DNA of 43,437 nucleotides from Thermoanaerobaculia bacterium (GCA_034663965.1 JAXDIO010000308.1:1-43437), one strand, 5' to 3'; positions 19,243 to 29,602 are shown, counted from the stretch's first letter. Notes: generated by a model from the sequence alone, not told the origin. Numbers and translations: made by a program.

Positions 19243-22200
19243 CTAAGGAGTCATGCGGGCCATCTCGACGAAGCGGCATAAAGCGTTCACCAGCCGCATC
19301 TGCCCGGTCGTCCGGCAAGAGACGTCTAGTAGCCGGGGGCTCGCGATGACTGTGGCAAGGCATTGCGCTCGAGACACGGCGACGTTCAGCCGGTTCTGAC
19401 TAAAGAGGAAGTCGATATCGCGCGGTAGATCGTCACCACTCGACGTTGCCATCGTGAAGAAGACTACGGGTGCTTCCAGGCCCTGGAACTTATCCACTGT
19501 TCCGACGCGCACGCCGGAGATGCCTTCCCGCGTGAGTGTGTCTTTCACGCAGCGTACCTGAGCGTTGTAAGGTGCGACGACGAGAATGTCGTTCGGCGTC
19601 ATCGAATCGCACTTGCCGGCGATGTTTGTGAACGAGCCACCCTGCAGGAGCAAGCGCACTTCTCTCGCGACGGTTTCAGCCTCTTCCTCTGATGACGTCG
19701 AGTTGCTTTCGTGTTCGACCGGCAGGAACCGAAGGCCACTGCCTCGGAGGCCCGCGCTTTCAACGTGTTGTAATTCGCGTCCGGGCGCCGATTCCAAGCG
19801 CCCGTCATAAACCACGCTCGAAATGAAACCGGAGACGTTGGGATGCATGCGCCACGTCCTTTCGAGAAAGAAACCGCGATCGCGAGGAATCGTTTTTGCG
19901 TCGCCCAGGAGATGCTCGAGAACCGATGCACCGGCAGAGAGGCCGCTGGCTGTCGGGTGAACACCCTGCGACACCTGCGCGAGCTGTAGCGGATCTCCGA
20001 GAAGGACGACGTTGCGGGAGGCCGTCGCCATTGCCAGTGCATCGGCGAGCGCGACTTGCCCAGCTTCATCGATGAAGAGATAGTCGACTTTGATCGAAGG
20101 ATCAGCAAAGAGCCACTTCGTACCGGCGATCAGGTTGTGTGCGGCATCGGTGAACTCATCGATCTTGCTCGCGTTTGCGATCAGCGCGTGTTCGCCCAGA
20201 ACGGAGTTGTACTGGTTTTCCACATCGCTGAATCGTTTCAGGCCCGAGAAGCGGTAGTGTTCCTCCGATGCAACTTTCTCCACCTCGTATAGCAGATTGT
20301 GGATCGCCTTGTGCGCTGTTGCAGAGACCCCGACCCGTTTTCCATTCCGCAGCAAATCTACGATGAGGCGCGCACCGTTGTATGTCTTTCCGGATCCTGG
20401 AGGCCCCTGGATGAAGAGGTACGAATCGTCGAGGCAGCGAAGGATCTCCTTAGCCTCACGAATGTCGAACGCATCGCGCTGTAGGTTTGCTCCGACCGCC
20501 AGACCGCGGACACGAGGCGCGCGGGCGAGAAGGATGTCGACAGCAGCGCAAAACGGAGATGCATCCAGCTGCTGTCGTACGAGCGTTGAGGCCAACCGCC
20601 GCATGGCGGTCCTCACCTCGGCGTCGCCGATGATCTTCTTCGGAATCAACGCCCGTGGATGATCGACGTCACGGAAAGATGGACCGCGTTTGAGACGAAG
20701 AGTGCCCGTCGCCTCCTCAATGAAGATGAGCGTACCTGCACTTTTGCGCGTGAGGGGATCGATGACCGTGTCACCCGGCGCGAGCTTGTATTCCTGTGGC
20801 GGAAACGAGTACGTATAGACGAGCGACTTCTTGTCGACCTTGGGCGGAACCGACGCATTGAGATCCAGTCTGCCAATCGACTCACTGTCATCGACCAGTT
20901 CCTCGGGTGATTTGTCCCGGCGCTCGTAAAACCACCACCACGCTGGCCGCGCTTCGCGGCGATGGTAGTGAACCAGCTGAGCCATCATCCAGCGCGCCTT
21001 CTCCTCAGCGTTCGCTTCATCGAGGTCTTTCGGAAGACCCTCCAGGAGGCTCTCCGACAGTTGCGCCGCCTCTATCTCTGCCTCTCTCGTTTCAGGCTTC
21101 TGTTCCTGCTGCTCCTCCGGTCCTTTCCATTCGAAGGTAATGCCGTACTGCTGCTCTGCTTCGTTACGGAGATCCAGGAGCCAGGCGTGCAGTTCAGCAA
21201 GTGACACGCAGTCGTCACGGTTGTACCGCTCGATCTCAAGGAGCATTTCGTCCTGCCGTGCCTCTAGCCAGGTCTCATACGCGACGATTGCACCTCCCGT
21301 GTCGCGGACCCACGTTGCTTCGCGCTCGTAGTAGAAAGCCTCGACTTTCTTGAGCGAGTAACCGGGTTGTGAGATGCGTACGGTCTGCCGAACAATTGGA
21401 TAGATGTCTACGAACACTCCCCGCCGGAGCAGGTCGTCGACCTCGGCATCGCGGCTGTCGTGCTTGTTCATCAGTCGCCGCAGCGACGCGGCATCTTGCG
21501 CGCCGTAGTGATAGACGTGCAGCGCAGGACACGCGGCGAGCCGTTCGACGATGAAATCGATGACCTGCTCAAATTTCACTCGCTCTTCCGCATCATCGTG
21601 CGCCCACCAACGGTGATACTTCGTCTGCCCACCTTCGCAAACCGCGATACCGAATAGGTATGTGAGACCCGAGCCGACGAATGGATCGGCTTCGACGTCG
21701 AGGTACAAGTCGCCGTCCGCGGGAAGCGGCAGGCGTTCAAACCCATGCTTCGCCTCGGGAGGCAGCAGCTCGTAGCGATGTTTGCCGCTCTCCCGGAACT
21801 CAAGCTGCAATCTTGCTTGCTGATGCAGTGACGCCGCTGTCGATGGAGCCATTTTCGCGACGCGGCCCGGCGCGTTGCGACCGAGGATCGTCAGCGTCGG
21901 GATGTCGGAACGGGTGAAACGGGAGATCTGCCCCCGACGGATATTCGCGACGAGTGATAGGTGGTCATCTTTCAAGAGATGCCGCCAGCAATTCAGATTC
22001 CATTCACACATCGAGCAAAGCTCGACCGGTAACGGATATGTCGATGCCGCCCCTGCCACGGCGAAATCTTCAAACCGCGACCGGACGTGGCGGAAGTACG
22101 CTGCATAGTCATCGCATCGGAACGACTGCACCTCGCCTGTTCCAAGTACGACGTGCATTTGCTCTGGGATCGCGCCGAGGATCGACGAGAGCTGCTCGCT

Positions 22201-22671
22201 GTAACAGGCGAGCTGCAAAAGGAAGTGGGGTTTGACGGAGCGGGAGAGTTTCACGTCGGCCACTTCGTAGCTGTGCTCTCCGAGCAGCGACGGGCGTTCG
22301 ACACGCTTTAGCAGATCGGCGATTCCGATCCAGCGTCCATCGAAGAAGGTTGCCTGGTACACATAGTCGACGCCGCTGCGCATGGCCGCTGTCGTGCGTT
22401 TATGCGCGTCGCGCAACTGCGCGAGCGCTGCGCGAGGACGCTCGATCGTGACGAGGGTCTTGCCGCTTGCGATAAGGCTATCGACGTACGCTTTCTCGTG
22501 CTCACTACCGCGTCGCGCGATTACTTCCGAGGCTGGAGATCGCAGCGGTGGTGCGAGCGGTTCGAGGGTGCCCAGAGCGTTGCTGTAGTCGAGATGCGCG
22601 AGGTGCTCACACCGGCTGAACTTTGTTAGATCCGTTGCTGACAGCAGCAACGCTCCGTCGACAATTCTCAT
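19243..22671 (-). CDS. TM0106-family RecB-like nuclease / RNase H-like / SF1 (Upf1/DNA2-like) helicase fusion
   Basis: LSATDL start; GIADLL...YEVADVKL...LQLACY nuclease; LYLDVEADP...YNRDDC RNase H-like; QGPPGSGKT, IDEAGQ, LGDPLQL, TVDKFQG, NRLNVAVSRA helicase motifs. SD GGAG before ATG 22671. Confidence 0.88.
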   Translation of the reverse strand: MRIVDGALLLSATDLTKFSRCEHLAHLDYSNALGTLEPLAPPLRSPASEVIARRGSEHEKAYVDSLIASGKTLVTIERPRAALAQLRDAHKRTTAAMRSGVDYVYQATFFDGRWIGIADLLKRVERPSLLGEHSYEVADVKLSRSVKPHFLLQLACYSEQLSSILGAIPEQMHVVLGTGEVQSFRCDDYAAYFRHVRSRFEDFAVAGAASTYPLPVELCSMCEWNLNCWRHLLKDDHLSLVANIRRGQISRFTRSDIPTLTILGRNAPGRVAKMAPSTAASLHQQARLQLEFRESGKHRYELLPPEAKHGFERLPLPADGDLYLDVEADPFVGSGLTYLFGIAVCEGGQTKYHRWWAHDDAEERVKFEQVIDFIVERLAACPALHVYHYGAQDAASLRRLMNKHDSRDAEVDDLLRRGVFVDIYPIVRQTVRISQPGYSLKKVEAFYYEREATWVRDTGGAIVAYETWLEARQDEMLLEIERYNRDDCVSLAELHAWLLDLRNEAEQQYGITFEWKGPEEQQEQKPETREAEIEAAQLSESLLEGLPKDLDEANAEEKARWMMAQLVHYHRREARPAWWWFYERRDKSPEELVDDSESIGRLDLNASVPPKVDKKSLVYTYSFPPQEYKLAPGDTVIDPLTRKSAGTLIFIEEATGTLRLKRGPSFRDVDHPRALIPKKIIGDAEVRTAMRRLASTLVRQQLDASPFCAAVDILLARAPRVRGLAVGANLQRDAFDIREAKEILRCLDDSYLFIQGPPGSGKTYNGARLIVDLLRNGKRVGVSATAHKAIHNLLYEVEKVASEEHYRFSGLKRFSDVENQYNSVLGEHALIANASKIDEFTDAAHNLIAGTKWLFADPSIKVDYLFIDEAGQVALADALAMATASRNVVLLGDPLQLAQVSQGVHPTASGLSAGASVLEHLLGDAKTIPRDRGFFLERTWRMHPNVSGFISSVVYDGRLESAPGRELQHVESAGLRGSGLRFLPVEHESNSTSSEEEAETVAREVRLLLQGGSFTNIAGKCDSMTPNDILVVAPYNAQVRCVKDTLTREGISGVRVGTVDKFQGLEAPVVFFTMATSSGDDLPRDIDFLFSQNRLNVAVSRAQCLATVIASPRLLDVSCRTTGQMRLVNALCRFVEMARMTP

Positions 22672-24871
22672 CAAACTCTCCGATCATCCGTGTGAGAACC
22701 ATACGGGCCCGCGGCACGTCCAGCCGCCTCGCTGCATAGGCGGCGTTTAGAGTCTCATCATCGACATACCCGTCGTACTTGTCTTCCTGCTTATTCGACA
22801 CGGTTGCGGCCAAAGTGTGGGGATCGAGCGAATCATCGGCCGCGATCGCAGTCAGATGTGCAATCGTGTCGACGGGAGAGACGTCATCGACGAGGATCGC
22901 GACGTCTTCGGCGGAGGCCTTCACTCCGCACGCACCCAGCGCTCGGACAATGGTGTTCATCACACGGTCGCCGCACCACGGAAAGAGCAGGGTGTCCGTT
23001 CCGTGCGGTATGACACAGGTCTCGTCTAGTCCCAGGCGGCGAAAGTTGTCGCGCCCCTCCGCGAGCAGGCCTGCCGCTACGGGATCGGCAAACGCGCATG
23101 GCGTCGTCGCGCGGTAGATCGCAAGCATCATGGTGCGGACGCGATCGTCGACATCACCGAATCCGTGGCCTTCGAATGGCGGCAGTCTTCCTCCCTTCGA
23201 AGGCGCGAGGTCGATGACGTGTTGCCGTTCGTCCACCGCGGTCACGCACCAGCGCCTCCCTCCGAAGATCAGGAATGAGCCCGGCGAGAGCGGCGTCCGG
23301 ACGGGAAGTGTGCCGAGAGTTCGACCGTCGCTTACCAGGCGATACTCCTCCGAGGTGATGAACGCTGTATAGAAGGTGTAGTGGTCGACGAGCCGCTCAC
23401 CTTCGGCACCGAGGAGCAGGAGACCGTTGATCGCCCGCTCCACAATCTTATGCACCACGAGCCCCGACACAATCCGCTCAAACGCCGCAGCGTCGATTCG
23501 GCGGAACGGCCCTGCTGCGCAGAGCAGGTACCACGCCCGATCGGGATAGATGCCTCCGTGCTGCGCAATGAGCGACATGAGCTGCTGCACGAATGTCGAA
23601 GGATGCATGGTCGCGACGTCGTTCGGCTCGTTCCACGGTTCGAGCAGTAACTCAACCATCGCGATGGTCTGGACAAGGGCGGGATGCAGAGTGAAATGCG
23701 GCGGGGTTCGCGCGTCGATCTCCTGCTCGCGTATGTATGCACGCAGAACGGGAGGCGAGCCGCGGCGGCCGGACCGGCCGAGTCGTTGCCGCATTGCCGC
23801 TACCGACGGCGGGGGGCCAATCTGCGCGACGCTCTTCACTGCGCCGATGTCGATACCCATCTCGAGCGTGCTCGTACAGACGGCAGTAGTCGGGCGAGTG
23901 CCGTCCTTCAGCATAGCCTCGACGTCGGTGCGCAACTCGCGTGACAAGCTGCCGTGATGCGCGTAGAACTCGAGCGGTACCCGCTCCGCTTCGGAAATGC
24001 GCGCCAGCAGATCGGCTAGCCACTCGACCACCTGCCGCCGGTTTGCGAAGATGAGGTTGTTTGATCCGCGGAGCGTGCGAAAAAGATGCGCCGCGATCGA
24101 ACGCACCGACTCCTCTTCCTCTTCCGGCTGCTGGTCCTCCTCGCGCGGCGGTCGTTGCCGGTAGCCGCGGACCTGAAGGAGCACCTCCTGATCACCGCCA
24201 GCCGATGTGATCATCCGCACGTCGCGCTGATCGTCATATGCGCGTAAGAAGTCGGCAGCGACGCGGGTGTCGCCCAGTGTCGCACTCAGACCGATGCGCC
24301 GTATCCGCCGCTTCAGCGCGAAATCCAGGCGATGCAGCAGCGACAGCAATTGCATGCCGCGCTCCGCCCCGATGAATGAATGAAGCTCATCGACAACTAC
24401 ATCGTGTGTTTCAGCGAAGAGACGCGCGACGTCCGATCCGTGGCGCACGAAGATCGCTTCTAGCGACTCCGGCGTGATCAGCAGGACGCCACTCGGATTG
24501 CGCAGGAGTCGCTGTTTCGCACTCGACGAGACATCGCCGTGCCACCGATGCACGGGAATGTCGAGCTGTTCGCAAAGCTCGTCGAGACGACTCCACTGAT
24601 CGTTGATCAGTGCTTTCAGCGGTCCGACGTACACGGCGCGGATGCCTTGACCTGCGTTTTCGGTCACCAGCCGAGAGCAGATTGGGAGGAACGCTGCTTC
24701 GGTCTTCCCGGACGCGGTTGCTGCCGAGATGATGATGTCGGAGGCGCCCGACAATACGGCAACGATCGATTCCTGCTGGATGTCGCGCAGACCCGGCCAG
24801 CCGCGATTCCAGATCCATCGCTGCACTTTCTCGTGCAGGAGATCGAAGGAGGCGCGTTCGAGATCGGACAT
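22607..24871 (-). CDS. sngC: DEAD/DEAH (Lhr-like) SF2 helicase, Shango SngC-like
   Basis: ATASGKTEA, PLKALINDQ, VVVDELH, GLSAT, HHGSLS, TSTLEMGIDIG, QRLGRSGRR; third gene of a TerB-ATPase-helicase operon. Confidence 0.8.
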   Translation of the reverse strand: MSDLERASFDLLHEKVQRWIWNRGWPGLRDIQQESIVAVLSGASDIIISAATASGKTEAAFLPICSRLVTENAGQGIRAVYVGPLKALINDQWSRLDELCEQLDIPVHRWHGDVSSSAKQRLLRNPSGVLLITPESLEAIFVRHGSDVARLFAETHDVVVDELHSFIGAERGMQLLSLLHRLDFALKRRIRRIGLSATLGDTRVAADFLRAYDDQRDVRMITSAGGDQEVLLQVRGYRQRPPREEDQQPEEEEESVRSIAAHLFRTLRGSNNLIFANRRQVVEWLADLLARISEAERVPLEFYAHHGSLSRELRTDVEAMLKDGTRPTTAVCTSTLEMGIDIGAVKSVAQIGPPPSVAAMRQRLGRSGRRGSPPVLRAYIREQEIDARTPPHFTLHPALVQTIAMVELLLEPWNEPNDVATMHPSTFVQQLMSLIAQHGGIYPDRAWYLLCAAGPFRRIDAAAFERIVSGLVVHKIVERAINGLLLLGAEGERLVDHYTFYTAFITSEEYRLVSDGRTLGTLPVRTPLSPGSFLIFGGRRWCVTAVDERQHVIDLAPSKGGRLPPFEGHGFGDVDDRVRTMMLAIYRATTPCAFADPVAAGLLAEGRDNFRRLGLDETCVIPHGTDTLLFPWCGDRVMNTIVRALGACGVKASAEDVAILVDDVSPVDTIAHLTAIAADDSLDPHTLAATVSNKQEDKYDGYVDDETLNAAYAARRLDVPRARMVLTRMIGEFDENCRRSVAAVSNGSNKVQPV

Positions 24872-24875
24872 TCCC

Positions 24876-26174
24876 TCAGATCCGGAACGATGTCAGCTCG
24901 TCCTCGTCGTCCATCTTTAAATCGCCATCGCGGTCGCTCGCGATGTCAACGCTGCCGAGAATCTCACGCCACGAGGTATCAGGATTCTGCTCGAGGACCG
25001 CCAGGAGACCCACGAACTCGCGGATCGTGTTGCGCGGCGTTTGAAAGTACGCGTCGCCGATTTTTTCGGAGCAATGCAGCATGAACGCTTCGAGCCCTTC
25101 GTCCGGGACAAGGTAGGCTGCCGGGTTGCCGGAGGCATACACATTCCGCACGTTGCGCAGGAGAACGTAAAGGTCTTCCTTGGTGAGATTCGAGAGCCGG
25201 AGCACAGGACCGCTGTAGTCGACGAGGCTATCCGTCGCGAACCGGTTTTCCGACAGCCGAGACTGAAGCGCCGTGTAGCTGTAGACGCCGCGCCGCGTGT
25301 CGAAGAGAAACTCCGGTGTGCCGCCGAAGAGGAATCCGAGGCCTGCTGAAGAACCCTGCAGTGTGTCGTTGACGATGCGGAGGATCTGCTCGTAGTTGCT
25401 ATTGCGCGCCTGAGCACTGGCCAGCTTATAGATGTTGACCATCTCATCGAGGCACACGAGGAGACCGCCGTAGCCGGCGATGCGAACGAATCTGCTGAGC
25501 AGCTTGAGCTGGTCGTAGACATTGTTGTCATCGACGATCGAGCGGACGCCGAGCGCGGCCCGTGCGTCTGTCCGCGTCGCAAACTCGCCGCGCAGCCATC
25601 TCAAGGCCGCCGTCTTTAGTTCCTCGTTAGCCGTGTCATGCCCTCGCCAGTACGCCGCGATGACCTCCGCGAAGTCATAGCCACCGACGAGCTCAGACAG
25701 TGACACCAGGCGCTCGCGGATGACGACCTCAACTTCCACACCGCGTGTCCGTGCATCGCTGAGCGCCGTCGAGACGAATTTCTCCACGATGCTGGGAAGC
25801 GCACCGCCATCGGGTTTTGATCGCGTGGCGATGTTCCGCAGTAGCTCGTTATAGAGCGACCGTGCCTGGCCGCCGCTGGCGTGGAGCCGCCGATCGGGGT
25901 TGAGATCGGCCTGCACGGCCACAAGGTTTTTGTCCAGCGCCATGGCACGGACGAGGAAGAGAAAGAACGTTTTTCCTGATCCATACGGGCCAATGATGAA
26001 GCGGACCACCGCTCCTCCATCGGCGATGCTGACGAGATCACGTAGCAGAGCGGTGACTTCGTTGGCCCGTCCGACCTGGATGTGCTGATGCCCGATCCGC
26101 GGCACGACGCCCGCACGCAGCGACTGCAGGATTGCTTCACGATGCTTGGGTCGAATCGTGTCGATGACGGTCAC
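24876..26174 (-). CDS. sngB: P-loop ATPase (DUF2791/BrxD-like), Shango SngB-like
   Basis: SLRAGVVPRIG, Walker A GPYGSGKT, Walker B LVCLDEMVN, YTALQSRL; GTGA overlap with the upstream TerB gene. Confidence 0.82.
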   Translation of the reverse strand: MTVIDTIRPKHREAILQSLRAGVVPRIGHQHIQVGRANEVTALLRDLVSIADGGAVVRFIIGPYGSGKTFFLFLVRAMALDKNLVAVQADLNPDRRLHASGGQARSLYNELLRNIATRSKPDGGALPSIVEKFVSTALSDARTRGVEVEVVIRERLVSLSELVGGYDFAEVIAAYWRGHDTANEELKTAALRWLRGEFATRTDARAALGVRSIVDDNNVYDQLKLLSRFVRIAGYGGLLVCLDEMVNIYKLASAQARNSNYEQILRIVNDTLQGSSAGLGFLFGGTPEFLFDTRRGVYSYTALQSRLSENRFATDSLVDYSGPVLRLSNLTKEDLYVLLRNVRNVYASGNPAAYLVPDEGLEAFMLHCSEKIGDAYFQTPRNTIREFVGLLAVLEQNPDTSWREILGSVDIASDRDGDLKMDDEDELTSFRI

Positions 26175-29100
26175 GCCAGGATCTCCTTCGCCACATAGTC
26201 ATTGATGATGATGGGATCGTCGCCTTCCCATACCGGATCGCCGCAATGCTCGAACGCGTAATCGTTGACCGCCTCCAGCGCACCATCGACGAGGAGCGCA
26301 TGTTCCGATGCGAGCAACTCCACATCGTGACGCGGCCATTCGCCGCGAGCGATCAGACCGCGCAGAAACGCACTTTGTGCGGCATCGAGGCCGCCGACGC
26401 CCGACGGTGTCGCGGTGTACGCATCGACCGAGGAAGTTACCTGTGCCTCATCCTCTTCGGCGAAGACATCGGCTAGAAGCGACGACACCGTCGCCGTCTG
26501 GGCGAGCTTCGTCTTCACGCGCATCATGTCGAGACCGACACCTCGCGATTGCGTTTGTGGCGCGGGTGCCTGCTCCCCGTCGTTCGTCATGACCGTATGG
26601 ACGCTTCGATAGAGGTCGTCGGCGGTGAGGCCCAGCGACCTGTAGAGCTTCTCGAGTGACCGCATCGCTGCCGCATCGACAGCGCCGTCCGCCGCAGCGA
26701 TCCGGGTTACGTACCCGCCGACCTTCGCGCGTTGCTCGGGAGCAAGTGCCGCGATCTGCTTCTTGACCCCCGTCTTTCCGAGATTCTCCCGACTGAGCCA
26801 CTCCACGTGAGCATCCAGACGGCGGCGCTCGGCGTCATGCAGTTCGAAGGCGTCGGCAATTGAACGATGCAGCGCGTTCCGCTCGCCCGGCGTAAAGACG
26901 CCGTCGGCATTCGCGATCGCCACTCCGAGCCGCGCCAGTACCAGCGCGGCTGCGTACTCCGGTGATGCCACCGCGGGCGCATCGGGCACCCGGCGGAAGA
27001 TGATGATCGAACTGCCCGAAGCAGGAGGATGACCGCCGAAGCGGACGTCGGGTTCCATCGAGTAGCCGATTTTCTCCAGCGCCTGCGCGAGCTGAACAGC
27101 CTCACCCTTTGTCAATTTGAGGGGATTTGCGACCGGCCAGTAAAAGAGCAGATCGTCCGCGGCGATCGAGACGTACTCGACGTAACCGAGACGGTTCGCG
27201 AGGAATGAGGTGAGCGTGCGGATATCGTCGGAGTCGACCACCAGCATCAGTTCGGCGGGCAACATGCTGATTGCGGCGAGGCTATGCGCAGATTGAGGGT
27301 TCTTCGCAACCCAGCGGCTGTACGAATCGAGTTCGTCACAGCAAATGTCAGCGATTTTCTCGAATTCCGATAGTGGCTTGGTGAGTGCGGTGACGTCCGG
27401 CAGGCCTTCGACCTTCAAGGAGCGCTCGCGGAGCGCGCTACTCGCCGGCGTGTGCCGCACGATCAGCGACGTCTTGTTCGCGTGCAACCGCATACCACCG
27501 GCGAATTGCTCCGTGTAGCGGATGGCGAAAAGTTTTTCGAACTCGGCTGGACACCGCGCTGCAGGTGTCCGCAACGCTCTGCCGCCGCTGCGAAGCCACT
27601 CGAGCGCCAAACCAGCTGGCAGTGTGGCGCCCGCCGAGGCGAGCTTCCCGAGCGTTACACGTGTTGTAAACGGGAGCACATCGCCCGGCCGCAAGTGGTC
27701 GCCGCGAGACGGCGCAATCAACTCGGGCTCGCGCGCACTCAGCAGATCCAGCAGGCTACTGGCATACAAGCCGAATGAATCGTGCTGATAAATCGAAAGC
27801 AGACGCTCGAGTTCGCGGGCGATGGCAACGCATTCCGCGGAATCCGACCCTTTGCCCGCCAGGTATTCGAACGCGCGGCGCTCGAGCCCGTAAAAGAAAA
27901 GAAAAACAAAACCGATCGGAGCTGCTGGATCCTTACGACCGCTCGCCAGCCAGTTAAGAAACGCTGCGCGGAAAGGTGGCGTCAGGCGTTCGTACGAAGG
28001 CGAGTATCCGATCTGCCCATCCGAAGGGACGGCCATGTTCCAGCGGTCGATCGACAGCGATGGGTCAATGAGCGCCGGCTCGCCGAAGTGAATATCAAGT
28101 CCACGCAGCCGCTGCCCAACGTAAACGAACCCACCGATCTCGAAGCCATGAACGGTCACGCCTCGGCATCGCGGAATCCACAGCGCGTTGCCATCCAGCA
28201 GCGTCGGCCGCTTTGCTGACTCGGCCGGTTTATCGACCCTCAAAGTAGTTTCGGCGCGGATCAGAACCCGCGCCAACTCTTCGACTTTGACAGCACGCGC
28301 AGGAGGGACAGCCGCGTTGGAAGCCGTCGTCGCGGCGGGCGTTCCGTCCGGAATGATGGCCCGGATTGCAGTAAGCGGATTCGTGGATGAGATAACGGAT
28401 GGAGAAACCACCGTGGGAGAGTTAGGACGGAGAGTCTGAACAACCGGGGCAACGACTCGCATCGAAGGCGGATGCGTAGTTGGCTTTGGTTTGCCGATCG
28501 CGAGGAACGCGTCGCGGAAGTGCTCGGCTGCCACAGGATTCGAAACTGAAATCGACTCGTTTAAGACGCCTGCAGCGGAAATCGTCAATTGTCCCGTTTC
28601 GACGATGGGCAGCAGCGGGTTGTATTTGTGCCGCCGGTCAGGCGATCCGTCCTTTCGTTGATACTGCCACTGCTGCCCTACTCGCGGCGAATCTGAAGAG
28701 GGCGTGCCGTAGTGCAGACTTCGCGATCGGCTTGCCTCCACCTTCACTTGGCCGTACGACACGAACCAGACGCTCCTTTCGTGGAGGATGAGCGCTCCGT
28801 CTGGCAGAAATTGCACCCGCATTGGCCCGAGCAATAACTCTGGAGGTGTGACATTGGTCGTGATCGGTGCCGCTGCTACTTCCACAGTGACCGGTCCCCG
28901 CGCGGACGATCGGCTCTGGCTGCGCGCAAGCCATGCAACACCGTTTGCTACGCCTTCGTACAGCGCCTCGGATTCTTCGGTGAGACTGTAAAGAACGAAT
29001 ATCGTGCGACGTGCCGCGTCGTCGCTCCGCACAACGATTGCGAAAATGAGCGTCGCGACCGCAATCGCCGCTGATAGCCACACGCTCGCTGCCGCTGCGG

Positions 29101-29395
29101 TGATGCTCGCTGCCAGGCCAATGATCAGAACGACCGGCCCGCGCGAACGGCGCCCGACCCGCATGGCAATTTCCGTCATGAACTCGCTGAGCGAACTTTC
29201 GACACACGTCCCGGCTTCATCGGCAACTCGTCTGTATGCAGGTTCGCCGTTATGCGCTACGGAAACGTGGAATGCTGCCCGGCGCGTGTCCGGAGGTCCA
29301 GAGACGATTCGGCCGTGTACTGTGCGGACGGGGCCGGCGCCATAAGCGTCCAGTTGGTAAATAGGCATGTGGGTGGTTCTGAACCGAACCGCCAT
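26171..29395 (-). CDS. sngA: TerB_N/TerB/TerB_C protein, Shango SngA-like, with extra N-terminal TM + DUF4236-like region
   Basis: EPALIDPSL, YSPSYERLTP..RAAFLNWLASGR, IGFVFLFFYGLERR (TerB_N); AIANADG and IAAADG (TerB); C-terminal LVDGALEAVNDYAFE (TerB_C). Start chosen at MAVRFR (29395). Confidence 0.8.
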   Translation of the reverse strand: MAVRFRTTHMPIYQLDAYGAGPVRTVHGRIVSGPPDTRRAAFHVSVAHNGEPAYRRVADEAGTCVESSLSEFMTEIAMRVGRRSRGPVVLIIGLAASITAAAASVWLSAAIAVATLIFAIVVRSDDAARRTIFVLYSLTEESEALYEGVANGVAWLARSQSRSSARGPVTVEVAAAPITTNVTPPELLLGPMRVQFLPDGALILHERSVWFVSYGQVKVEASRSRSLHYGTPSSDSPRVGQQWQYQRKDGSPDRRHKYNPLLPIVETGQLTISAAGVLNESISVSNPVAAEHFRDAFLAIGKPKPTTHPPSMRVVAPVVQTLRPNSPTVVSPSVISSTNPLTAIRAIIPDGTPAATTASNAAVPPARAVKVEELARVLIRAETTLRVDKPAESAKRPTLLDGNALWIPRCRGVTVHGFEIGGFVYVGQRLRGLDIHFGEPALIDPSLSIDRWNMAVPSDGQIGYSPSYERLTPPFRAAFLNWLASGRKDPAAPIGFVFLFFYGLERRAFEYLAGKGSDSAECVAIARELERLLSIYQHDSFGLYASSLLDLLSAREPELIAPSRGDHLRPGDVLPFTTRVTLGKLASAGATLPAGLALEWLRSGGRALRTPAARCPAEFEKLFAIRYTEQFAGGMRLHANKTSLIVRHTPASSALRERSLKVEGLPDVTALTKPLSEFEKIADICCDELDSYSRWVAKNPQSAHSLAAISMLPAELMLVVDSDDIRTLTSFLANRLGYVEYVSIAADDLLFYWPVANPLKLTKGEAVQLAQALEKIGYSMEPDVRFGGHPPASGSSIIIFRRVPDAPAVASPEYAAALVLARLGVAIANADGVFTPGERNALHRSIADAFELHDAERRRLDAHVEWLSRENLGKTGVKKQIAALAPEQRAKVGGYVTRIAAADGAVDAAAMRSLEKLYRSLGLTADDLYRSVHTVMTNDGEQAPAPQTQSRGVGLDMMRVKTKLAQTATVSSLLADVFAEEDEAQVTSSVDAYTATPSGVGGLDAAQSAFLRGLIARGEWPRHDVELLASEHALLVDGALEAVNDYAFEHCGDPVWEGDDPIIINDYVAKEILA

Positions 29396-29602
29396 GGTAA
29401 TTCCATCTTTCCTGTTGAACAACTGGTTGGCAGGCGCGTGAGCCGTTAGTCACGGCGTCAACGAGATGAGATGCAGAAGGCGTCAGTCGTCCCATCTCTC
29501 CCAGACGAGCATGAAAAGTTCCTTCCTTGGAAGCACCAGGTGGGACTTTTTGCTTCTCAGTCACTCTCTTTCAGAAGTCCAAATCTTGTTTGGAGGCGCG
29601 CC

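Noticed and set aside
22607-26174. BREX system (BrxD + BrxHI-like)
   Set aside because: No PglX, PglZ or BrxC present; the upstream TerB-domain gene fits Shango better.
26171-29395. Tellurite resistance operon
   Set aside because: No terZ/A/C/D/E genes; the TerB domains sit inside one large protein followed by an ATPase and a helicase.
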